Source: Eutreptiella sp. 'Long Island Sound 2002' | Taxonomy: Eukaryota > Protista > Euglenida | Reading direction: 5' to 3' | DNA: 64,000 bases | Assembly: GCA_964036045.1 (NCBI GenBank) | Contig: OZ038378.1 | Span: forward strand, 20,894,001-20,958,000 | Part shown: in pieces, positions 11,572 through 23,000 of the stretch | Position numbering within the stretch: the stretch's first letter is position 1 | How the letters are laid out: every line of letters starts with the position of its first letter | Made by a program: the position numbers and the translations under genes | The notes under the pieces: model-generated | Databases searched by the model: none | Told to the model about the DNA's origin: nothing | What the model saw: the letters and a program-made list of their open reading frames with translations, nothing else

Positions 11572-14084
11572 CTAGGCCGAGATGAACATCCCCGCACATG
11601 GTTATTGATAGGCCATGTGCGAAATTCTATACCTGCTTCCGTGTCCGGGGCAGAAGGCGGGCGAGATGAAGGCGGCACAACCATGATGAGAAGCTGGCGA
11701 TTGCATGCACCCGCATATAAGTATACGGCCAGCCACGGTCAGCAAGCGCAGGCTTCATGTGTGCATTGGCCAGCAGATGGCCTTTATGTCTCCATTTCTT
11801 GGTTGTCTTTGATGATGTCGGCTTGCTCTTCTCCCTCCTCCAATGCACTAGCATCGCTACGGCCCATGCAGCTTTGCAGCCTTTCCTTTCTGCCTACCCT
11901 CTCCGAAGAGGGTTTTATTTTCTGCGAGCAACATTGTCTCCACTATCGTGGAGTGTGACGAGTGTCTACATCTATCATCTTGTATATTTGCCAATCCGCG
12001 GGAACACATGTGGCAATGACATCGAAAACTGGCCTTGCTAGGGGAGTGTCAACTGGATGATGGCACCTGAACACCGCAGTCTTTGAAAACTTTGGCTCCC
12101 TACTCTTGTGCCCAAGTGATGCCAAAGCCAAACCCTGGAGGATATCCATGAGCTCTCATGCGTGTTTTCCTAGGAGCCAGCTTTGTCCCAAGGAATTTGG
12201 CGAGACTAGCTCTTTGTTTTTCTCTTGGATCCTCGCCACCCAGTGGCGTATTCCCCATCGGCAGTCGAAATCTCCCGCTAGAATGCCAGCAAACCATTAT
12301 TGGCCATGCAGGGCCTGCCACACCTGCGAGCTTTCTTTCATGTGCGGGACCTTGAGCCAGAGAATGCGCGCAGCAAGGCCACGGTCCATCTCCCCTTTGG
12401 TCATCCATGGGTGTACTTCGATGCCTGAAATCCTACCCAAGCCTAAAAGCACCAACCTAGCGGCTTCCAGTGGCAGTTCCATACCGGCAGAGTAATATTC
12501 TGCACATCGGAAGATTGACATAGGCGGAGGCTGCGGAACATCTAAGAGATATGTCTTCATAAACTCGATGATCTGGGGGCATAGCCAAGGCTGGGCTGAT
12601 GCCGTCGTTCTGTTGAGGGGCAGCTCCTGGTGGCACAGCATGACAGGATCGAGATGCAAGACGAATTTGTGAAAACCACTTTCCCTATTCCCTAGAGGCA
12701 TAGGTGAGTTTACCTTGTAGTCTGCCTTTGCCGCGGATTGCTGTGCCTCCTCGTCGATACTGCCTTTTTCCCATTCTATCCACAAGTGTTGATCCGCGAT
12801 GGGTCTCGGCGTGGAGCCTTTGGTGTGCACCTAGTGTGCTTTCACTGTGCAGGCGGCCAAAGTGAGTACCACTGGGACTCATCAAAATGTTTCTGGTCGA
12901 TCCGCGACTTTCCAGTCTGTTGGCGGTTTGCTCGGGTTCAATACCGGGACTCCGACTTGTTTGTTCTCAGATTCTCTCCGGGAGCTGCAAGGGGAGCAGG
13001 GTTGTTGCTCCCCATAACTTGGCTTCCTTGGCTGCCACCCCATGTGTTGGCTACAAGGGTACACCGGCATCCTTTGGTGCCGCTTGCACCTTGATGACTG
13101 TTTTGGTGCGCGTCCCCAGTGATGCCTGGCTGTTGGGATTGGGTGCACCTTTTGTGGCAATCGCCGCCTCCGCATACCATTTGGGGCGTTGCGCCAGCAG
13201 AGTCGGCTCCTCGTCGATGACCACAGTCTGTGACGGTCCTCCACCGCTGCCGGCTACCGCAATGCTCTTTCGCAACTCCGCAATGGTGGCCTTCAGCTCC
13301 TTGATGACCATCTGAAGATCACGGATCTGTGCATCCTTGGGGTCCTCCGTACCCTTTGAATTGTTTTATGTCTTTTTCTCCGCATGAGCACCGGCGCCGG
13401 GGCTCTTGGACCGCTGCTTCCTTCTGCTCTGAGAAGATGTCAATGACCATGGTGTCAACGGTAATTCCAATTTCTGTGGAGATGAGTGGACTGCCGCTTG
13501 GACCTCCTGTCGAATGAGATCCTTCAGTGCCTTGAGGGTAGCCGAATCCAACGAGATTGGCGACATGTTGTGTGACCCGGGAGGGGATGGGATGGGATGG
13601 GATAGTGTCCACAGCCAGTATTGACGTTGTTTAGAAGCGCTGTGCCCCTTTACGGTTCTATGCGTGCGCACAGTGCACCCCAAGACCATCCACAAGCCTT
13701 CAGGAAATAATAGCAACCATCCAACAACTTCCTAGAAATCCTAGAAATCTCAACCTCAGCCTTGTGGTCCGAGTTGGGGAGAGAGTCACCGAGCTTGTGA
13801 AATGAGCACGATTTTTCAACCCTTTTCTGGTGTCAGGAAAATTTTGAAATATCTTTCACCGCAATGGCTTCGCAAAACTTGACATTGGCAAAAAAAATGG
13901 AACAAATAAATTAGTACCTGGTTTTTCTCGGGGCTGTTGTAAACAATTTGCGAAACAAAGACGATTTTGGGCTTTCGCAAAAATTTGCAGTTGGCACAAT
14001 TCAAATGGCACAATTCAAATGTTGGCCCCCCATACAATTGATGATGGCATATACACGGTACGCCCATGGCTTGTACTATTTCCA

Positions 14085-14335
14085 GGAGGTGTCTGCATGG
14101 TTGATGTTGTTTCTCGGAGGCTTCTGGATGGCTCTTGGTATGCCACAGAGGTTTTTGAATGGTTGCTGCCCTTGCATGGAGGCTTCTAGATGGTGGGTGC
14201 CATTTCTTGGAGGGCTCTGGATGGTGGCTGGTATGTCAAGGAGACTTCAGGATGGCGGCTGGCACTTCCTGCTGGCTTTTGAATGGTGGATATTATTCTT
14301 TGGTGGCTTCTGGATGGTTGATATTGTTTCATGGA
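14085..14335. repeat. Degenerate ~30-35-bp tandem repeat (GGCTTCTGGATGG core)
   Basis: About 6 diverged copies of GGCTTYTRGATGGY. Related ACCATCC-rich tracts in reverse orientation at ~13690-13750 and ~54845-54900. Confidence 0.55.
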
Positions 14336-14949
14336 GAGTACGGGTGGGAGGGTGCACAGGAGCATGTCCACTGCGCTAAATGTCACCCCAACTGCACACC
14401 AAACGTAGAGAGACACAAGTCATAATCAGGATAGTGCACCAAGGGATGTGCAAGAATTGTCTCGGACTGTTCGCTAGCCAATCCGGCTGGCCGAAGCATC
14501 GGGCAGTACTTCGGCAGGCCGGTTGATCTGAAGTGCTGACCAGAGTTCGGCCCAGCCCGCCGGTTTCCATGGGCCCTTGCGAGGGATGTGCTTAACCAGA
14601 CGGAGGGCGAGGCGGAAGCCCGTTTCAGGCGCACACACTATTTTTCGCCCTCAAACCCACCTGGCACACCCGCCCCCCACCCCCCACCCCCCACCCCCAC
14701 CCCGTCGGTGAGGCCAAGCACTTAAGCATATCCCTGGCCCTTGCGGGTGCCGACGGATTACCCTTGTGCCTTTTTTTTGTGCTTTTGACGTGGGCTTTGG
14801 GACACTTTTGCCGTCATACTCCAGACACCATTATCAATATACCACACACATGAGCGTGCCTGCCCACATTTCTGTGCTTGCCCTTAATCGAGGGGGTTAG
14901 GTGCGACGTGCAGACCCATCGCCGATCTGAATATCAAGAATGCCATGAA

Positions 14950-16100
14950 GACCAAAGAAAAGGATCGTCTCCACTACCTTAGGGCCATGCACATAGTCTA
15001 TAATGGGGTACCAGCACCCTATCACCCATTTGAGAACGGGCTAAAACAGGCCTCTTATTCTCATAGTGGTGCACCCTGTCGCGCTTCTTTAGCAACTCAC
15101 CAGCTGTGTCAGTCAAGCCCTGCAAACGGTTAGACCATTGACCAATGGGTAAATCGGAATCTTCGATTTATGGCGCATGGAGCGATTCTGGTTCAGGGTT
15201 AAGCAGTAACCCCCCCTCCCCATGCGCAAACAAGCATGCGGGCCAAGTCCAGTAGAGGTGCAAAAAAAAAAACACGGCCTACAGCCTGCACAAAGCTACA
15301 TCCCGTATTTCCTCATAAATAGAACCGCAAGCCCCATGGTTCCCAAGAAACCCCAGAAAAGCGGAAACACGGGGTCGCCGTGTTTGGACAAGCCCGTGTT
15401 TGCGCAAGGGGGCGGGAGGTATGCCGGGGCAAAACCTGGTGGAGGACCTGACCTGTGAATTCATGGTTAGAATGACACTGGGGAGGAGGCTCACCCAGTC
15501 CTTACACTTATAAAGCCTCACATGGAGGCACACGACTTGGCGAAAGACACAGTTCTGTCTTTTCGTTGAAGGTTACCTCCGGTAGCCTCAAAGACGTGCA
15601 ACAAAAAGCAGGGAATTCTTGCAATTTGGGATAGCGGCATAGGATAGGATGGGATGGGACAGCCCTCGATCCCGGGGATCAGAGGGTTTGTTAAACAGTG
15701 ACAAGCAGTATTGATGTTGCCTGTCACGTGTCAGTTGCGTAGTGTTGTGATGGGAGGCTACGTGCTCTGCACCTCCGGCATGTGCCTACAGCATCTAAGA
15801 AAAGCACTTGGACCACTCCAGATCCGCACGCCCAAGATTTAGTCTTCGCAGAGCTTCTGCACCCGACACCTTCTTGATGCCAGAGGTGTTCGGGACATGT
15901 ACCAGGGGAGCCATGGAATCCACTGCTGCATGCGCTTGAAAGGCAGCCTCTCCCAACGCCGCACAGAGTCTGCCGAGTCTCCTAGCAGACTACCCAACCC
16001 TCTGCACTACACATAGACACTAGTGCGCCACATTACTCCACATTTCGTGCCGAGTCTGTGTCAGCCCATCTCATCCAGGTCTCACGCTTTTCTTCTTTGG
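14950..16100 (-). pseudogene. Highly decayed Ty3/Gypsy-type integrase relic
   Basis: Collinear fragments: MWSNVAH*CLC (HHCC end), FQAHAAVDSMAPL (first D), GNLQRKDRTV (NG..ER.NRT), KDWVSLLPSVILTMNSQVRSSTRFCP (DW..LLP....YN...HSSTG..P), MGDRVLV. Many stops and frameshifts; no LTR found. Confidence 0.55.
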
Positions 16101-16339
16101 TGTATGGGGCGCGCCACTAGCAGTATTAGAAGTGCGACAAGGCGGTTGGATAGCAGAGTGCTGGGTCCACAGTAGTACGATAATATACGGGGTGGATGTG
16201 GGGGTCGACCAAGTGGGTGCCCTGGCGCCACCTTTGGCCCTTCTCAGCCCATTTGGGCTTAACCCAAGAATGCGGTGTCCGTGCTGGGCAGGGCACTCAC
16301 CTGCGGCCTCGGTCCACTGCAAGCCCCCAAGTGATTGTT

Positions 16340-17205
16340 CAAATCGAAAAATTCAGCCCACAAGAAAACAGTTTGGCAATGATCCCTTTGAGAGTGGGGA
16401 CACGATTGGGAATTGGCTAGCTTGACCATGTACATTGCCAAGGTTGGCCACCGAGGGAGGGTCTTGCTGCAGCCTAAGGCGGGGGCTTAGGCTGAGGCAA
16501 TGCCTCCGCCTCCAATTGCAATGGCCCTATTTTCAGCCACAAATGACTTACAGTATTTGGAGATAGCGCCTATTCAATGATGTAGCAGTGGGCAGGTGTT
16601 ACGACAAAATGACCCTTTCGTGAAGATGGAACGCTTTTCAACATGAAATAACCATCTGGAACCACTTCGTTCTCCAAATGATGACGTCAAATAAGGGTCA
16701 TATTCACTCCATGGAAGCTTGAAACTGCGATGATGGCAATAAAAAAAAACTCAACCCACAAGGAAAACAGTTTGGCAATAACCCCTTTGAGAGTGGGGGC
16801 ACAATTGGTAATTTGCTAGCTTGACCATGAATATTGCCAAAGTTGGGCACCGGGGAGGGCTTTGCCGCAAGCCTTAAGGCGGGGGCTTAGTCGACGGCAA
16901 TGCCCCCCCTCCGATCGCAATGGTGCTATTTTCAGGCACAAACGACACATAGTATTTGGAGAGAGCGCCTATTCAATGATGTAGCAGTAGGCAGGCTTTA
17001 GGACAGAAATTAAATGACTCTTTCGTGCAAATGTAACACTTTTAAACATGAAGTAGCCATTAATGACCATTTTGTTCTCAAAATGGTGACGCCAAATCAC
17101 ATTTACTCCATGAAAGCTTGAAACCGCAAGGATGGCAATCAAAAAACAAAATTCAACCCACCATGAAACCGGTTTGGCAATAATCCCTTCGAGAGTGGGG
17201 TGCCT
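16340..17205. repeat. ~400-bp tandem repeat, ~2.15 diverged copies
   Basis: The GTTTGGCAAT...GAGAGTGGGG block recurs near 16370, 16770 and 17172; CCTATTCAATGATGTAGCAGT occurs in both full copies. Confidence 0.9.
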
Positions 17206-20087
17206 GAATACTGCCCTCGGTTCGCTACTTCCACTCACGAAGCCAGCCACCCATGGCTGGCCAGCAACTTTGACGGGCAGTTGTTGCGAAGCCCGACCGA
17301 CCCGTACCCCCATTGATTACGGCAATCAAATCCGGGCAATTCAAGTTGGGAACAAAACAATGACTCGTCAGCGCTGTCCACCGTATTACATATGGATTGG
17401 GACAATGCCTTTCAGCCTGAAGGCTGATTTGATTAGATGGTGCGTGGGGTGGGTGGGCGTTTGAGACAAGGTTACACAGTTGGAAACAAAGCTGCATAGT
17501 GGAGGTCACTCTTGTACAATATTGTTGTAAACGAATATTTGCTTGCACTGCTCGCAAACACTCGTTCAAAGTGCGATGTCTGCCTCCGGCGCGAGGCATG
17601 TGTTGCCCCAGTCCCGCGCCACTCTCCATTGGCAGCATACCCCAGCCTGCCGACAGTGCCATAGTGCGTTTGCGCCTGCACTGTGCGAGTGCCGACACCA
17701 GCTCCTTGGGGCAAACATGGGGTGCAAAAGTTTTTTGGATCTTGTGGTCATATTTGTTGGTGTTTGTTGTTGTGCTATTGGGAAGCGTTGAAGCATGAAA
17801 CGACTTCGCAACATCGTATCGTAAGCAACAATGCACCGCAAGGTACAAAGGTAGTAGCTGCGCTCTCTTTCACTGGGCAGCAGCAGGAGTTATAGTGGTG
17901 CAGTCCAGGCTGTGCACAGGGCCGTGGGAGAGTGATGCAGCTCAGGACAGCTTGGCCGCCGAGCGGGGGGACGAACCTGCAAACGAAAAGGAGCACAGAC
18001 AGTGGAAAGAGGTTGCGTTGATGGGCTTTGGGCAAGAATATCTACCCCGGCCCAAGCCTTCTAAACGGACGCCATTGGAATCAGCTCTGCAACGGTTGTG
18101 AAGACATCTGTGTGTGGAATGGATCTGCATGACGGAATTTGGGGGGTGGTGTCTGGAGCGGGTCGGGGACGGCAGGAGGAAGGGAGAGGGTTGCTGCTGA
18201 CCCTCAAACCACACATCACATCCCCAACGGCCCATCGCCATAGCATCCCCTGAAAAGGGGGATCATCCGTGCGAAAATGGCGGTGGCAGAAATCTTTGAA
18301 AATTGGCCGAAGACACCAAGAAGAGCCCGGGCCTCCAAGTACCCGGGTGGGAGGGGGGTTGGCATGTGCAAAATTTGGTATGGCAAAAATTTGGTGTGGT
18401 GAAAATTTGGTACGAAATCTTAAACACCATGGAAAAATGTGGTACAAAGTTTCTAGACTGTGCACACCCCAGGAATTGTACCAGGGACTCCAGTGCTGAA
18501 GTATAATACTCAGCTACTCAGCTACCTGCTTTCTCTGCTATTCACCTGCGAAACAGGCTTCAAAGTTGAAACATGATGTCCTCAAGAATTTCGTTTTCTA
18601 TTCTAATGCCTCCCTCAGGTCCCAGGGAAATTGGACAGTTCAGATGATATGTTGATGATGGTGGGCCGGTGGTGATGGGGTTTTGCGCAGCGGCGCATCG
18701 TGCCCCGAGCAGCTTCTCAGATCTCTTGGGGACGGCCGTAAGGTTCCAACTCGGAGCAAAGTGCTGTTGTCTGGAAAGATTTGTGAAGGTCCCTGCATGG
18801 TGACAGAGGACTGCCACGGGGGGGGGGGGGGGGGCGGTATGAGCACTTCTTGAAATGTGCATGAAAAGGGGCCCCCCCTAAAAGAAAAGGGGTTTCCAGA
18901 GAGCCATCGGGCAGCTGTGGAGGGGCCAAGGTCATCTTGTAACGCATGGGACAATGTGGGCAGGTGGAATAGAACATGCACTGCGCAGCCGGAGCAGATG
19001 AGTGCAGAGTCGTCGTCATTGTTTGCCTGTGCAGGAACCCCGTTGGGGCACACATCACCATCGCAGGCTCGCCAGCACCTCGTGTTGTGCGGCCTTGTTG
19101 GGTTACTCTTTTCGATCAAAAGCCCTGAAAAGCGGTGACCTGCGTTGTGTGTAGAGATTTGGTGCTCAGGGTGCTTAGGAGGGCTGCTGCGCGCGGACGT
19201 GGTGGGCCTCCTTTGTCCTGTCAGGCCTTGTCCGAGTCACCTTAACCCCCTGCACTCTCAGACCGTGCCCCTTTTGGAACCAAAGGCTTATGTGGTGCAT
19301 CGGGGGAGGCAACAGCACGCTGCGAAAATTTGCATGTAAACATGGCAAGTGACGGTGGACAAAACAAGGCGGCAGGCAGATCAGGCACCGTCCAAACCGG
19401 ACCAAATTCTCCACCAGATCGTCAGTTCAGCATGCAGACCCTTTTCAAGGGCTTTCCGACTGTACCCCATATAGCCCCCCCCCCCCCCCCCCCACGACAC
19501 TCAGTGGGCACAATGGAGGCAACAATAACATCGACCCTGAAAAACGCTTCATGTTGGCACCTTTCTCGCGTCCCGGAGAGATATGTTCCTGTGATCTACT
19601 GGTGTACCAAGTCAATTGGGTTGCCCCCTGCCCCCCTTCCCAACCACACCCGAGGGTGGGGGTGGGCGGCGGGGGGGGCAGAGGCCGAAACCGATCGACC
19701 TCCAATTTCAGACCCTGTGTTACGAATGTTCACACGTGCCCTGCCGAGGCTGCCGACGCTGTTACCGGGGGGGGGGGCGGGGGGTTGGCATAGGCGAAAT
19801 TTGGTATGGCGAAATGTGGCACAACCAAATTGTACCACATTTTGCCATGGTATGAAAGGACCGAACTAGTACAAACCAGACAAACGGGCTCCCATGACTG
19901 GCCATGCCCCAAACAATGCACTGGGGGCCTACCCCAGGGCAGATGGCCATCCGCTACAAAATAGAGTTTCAAGGCGCAGCGTGCAAAGCAGTGCACAGCC
20001 GTCAACCGCCGGCAGCTGGCGAAGAAGCGGCGGCTGTTGACCTAGAATCACAAGACTTGGGAAGTAACCGCCAGCAACGCTCTTTGA

Positions 20088-23000
20088 TCAAACAAGGAAA
20101 CGGAGAAGCAAACCCTGTGCTGCTACGGCCATACTTGACTCCGAAGGACTGATGCCCTCCTCCTCGGCTCCCCATGCCATATGACGAACGCGCCGCTGCC
20201 CCGCCGGCCGTACACCCCGCGCCTTCACAGCCTCGTGCCCGGCAGAGTCGGCGAGGAAGCCCCGTGGCTGCGGTCGTGGTCCGCTGCTGCCCCCCCACGC
20301 CACTGCACCTTGTGTCAGGGACTCTGAGTCCTGCCCGGGCGACGCACCGCCCCCGTGCACAACCGGAGCGGCGGCGTCGCGGTGCGCCTCGGTCGGCTGC
20401 TCTGCCACCGCGTGGGCGCGTGGAATGCGCCGCGGGATCCCGGTGTCCACATCATCATCAACGAGGTCAAGGGGCTGTTGCTTCAGCGATGCGTCAAGGT
20501 CGATGTCTTCCAGCCACAGTCCCGTTGACACAGGGTGGCTCTGAGGCCCAGGGATGTTGGCGGTGCGGTCCCGGGACCCCTCCACGGGCCCCACACCCGC
20601 AACGCCCTGGAGGGTGTCCGGGGGCGCGGCGGTCGCGGCGGTCGAGGTGCGCCGGTCCGGGCGCGCGTTGACAACCGCGTGGCTCATGTGCCGCGTGCGC
20701 CGCGGCACAAGCGTCTCGGGTTCGGCGCGCACGCGCTGGCGCGGGGTGCCCGGCGGGCTGCCGCCGGGCCCCTGGGGGCCCCTGCGGGGCCTGGGGCCCT
20801 GCGTGCGGACGAGGGCGGCGGGGGTGACGTACAGGGTCTGCGGCTCGGGCACCGCCACGGGGTCGTCCAGCGACGCGGGGGCTACGTAGACCTGCCGGGC
20901 CTCTGGGGCAACGTGTGGGGGAAGGGCTGGGGGCACAGCGCCCACGGCGGGGGCCTCCGTCCCCTGATCCACCGGCGCACGCGGCGCAGCCGAGGGCGCA
21001 GAGGCGGCCGTCTCGGGGGAGGGGGCGGTCCGGGACAGTGGTCTGGGCGCCAGAGGTTCGTGGACAGGCAGAGGCCGGGCCGGCCTGCCTCCCGCGGCAG
21101 CCCCGAGCCCCGTCTGAGGCCCGGGGAGCGTGGCCCAGGGCATGGGCGGGGGGCCGGCCCCGGCGGGGCTTGCGCCGTCCGACGCAGACGTTTCGATGTG
21201 GGGGCGGGCGGAGGAGCCGGGGGGCGGGCCTGGGACGTCGGAGGCCGTGCGGGTGGGGGCACCGGCGTTCACCCACGCGAGGGCCCCCGGGGGTTTGGTG
21301 CCGAGGTCCGCACTGGACGCAGGAGCGGCTCGGCCTTCGCTCCTGGGCCTGGGCGCGGCAGTCGGTGGTGCTGGTGGCGCCGCACGGGCCGCCACGTCAT
21401 ACACCGGCCTGGGGGGCTGTGCGACGGGTGCCACAACCGGCTCTTCCACGACTGGCTTCTGCGCAGGTGCGCGCGCGCGGCGCGAGCGTCGCGGGATCCG
21501 GAGTTCGACGGGCGCCGCGGTGGTGGGCAGTGGGGAAGGCACGTCGCCAGTGACGCCCAACGGGACACCCTCGGGGTCGAGGGGCTGCAGCAGCAATGGC
21601 GTCCTGGGGTCCTCGAGCCGGGCCGGGGCGACGTAGACTTGCCGGGGCTCGGCCGCGGTGCGGACGGGCGCAGGTGCTACTGGATCCACCACGGGACTCT
21701 GCGCGGACGCTAGAGCCGCAGGTGCAGCGGGGCCAACTGCCGCATCCGTTCGCATCAGCGGCGAGGCCGCGGGCGGCGGTGAACAAGGGACAGCGGAGCT
21801 GACGCCCACGGAGCGAGGCTGCGCCGGGGCCTGCGGAGCCTCCAGCCACACCGGCGCGTGTTGGGGCTCAGACACAGCCCTGGCCGGCGGCACTGCCCCG
21901 GCGGGACTCGGGGCAGACATGCAGCCGTCGACCAGCGGATCATCGGACGACGGTGCGCCCGGAGTAGAGGGCGTTTGCGGAAACGGGGGTTGAGGGGACG
22001 TGGCAGCGAAAGAGCCGCGGGCTGGGGCAGTACTGATCGGAGAGGCCCTGGAAGACTGCAGCGGGGGCCCTTCTCTGGCCGCGCCTGTGAGCACGGCCTC
22101 AGCCCCTCTGGAGGTCGTAGCCCAGGGAACGGGGTCCTCTGAGGCGGCGTGCAGTGGCTGAGGGTTGCGGGTTCGGGTGCGGCTGGATGGCACATCTGCG
22201 GTACTGGAGGCGTAGGAGGCGGTGCTGCTGCGGTCGTCCGCGGCTCGCACGGGAGATACCTTCAACTCCGTGCTGGAGCTGGACGCAATGGACACTGCAC
22301 GCGGGGCGGGTCGCCCGCTGATCCGCAAGGCCCCGAACTGCGGCGCGCTGTGGCAGTGCTTCAGCTCCTCATTCAACTCCTGCTGGGCGCGTGCGCGCGC
22401 GCGGCGCGGGCGTCGCGGGATCCCGATGTCGCCGCTGTCAACGGGCGGTTCCCCGGGCGGCAGTGAAGCAGTGGCGGCAGAGCTGACGCCCACCGAGCGC
22501 AGCTGCGACGGCGCCTGCGGATCCTGCAGCCACACCGGCGCGCGTTGGGGCTCGGCCGGCGGCACTGCCCCGGCAGGACTCGGGGCAGACATGGGGCCGT
22601 CGGGGGCAGGGTCAGTGTCCCCTGGCGCGCGTCCCAAAGGCGGCGGCGGCGGTACTGCCCCTGCAGGGGTCTGAGAAGCTGGGCGGCCGTCGGGGGCAGG
22701 GCCGCTGTCCAATGCCGCGCGCGACGAAGGCCGCCGCAGCGGCGGTGACATGGCCATCGCCTCAGTGGACGGTGGGCGGGGAAGGTCGTCCTGGAAAATG
22801 CTCCCATCGCGGCGGGACGCGGGCCGTTGGGCGGAGGGAGGGGCCCGGTGGCGGCTCGTGGCACTGAGAGGGCTGCCGCTGGAGCCCGGGCTCGTCACCG
22901 GGTCCTCCACGGGCATCAGCTGGGGTGGCCGCGCCCGACGGGGCCTGGGGGCCAGAGGGGGCGTGTCGTGGGATGAAGCGGCCTGCGGTTCCCCCCTCTC

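Larger units (their letters stand above)
5800..13700 (-). mobile_element. Near full-length decayed non-LTR retrotransposon (LINE A): ORF1, APE, APE, RT, RNase H
   Basis: Collinear minus-strand remnants: coiled-coil ORF1-like pieces (11575-13560), two APE-like segments (9416-10627), RT (7580-8866) and RNase H (5962-6751). Post-RT region is homologous to LINE B (ALGFHSWGVTL vs ALRISSWGLTL). Ends are approximate. Confidence 0.85.

Noticed and set aside
17225-19140. Cys-rich ORFs, including a PHD-like LICSGC...FH fragment near 18960
   Set aside because: Cys/His pattern incomplete and no supporting exons.
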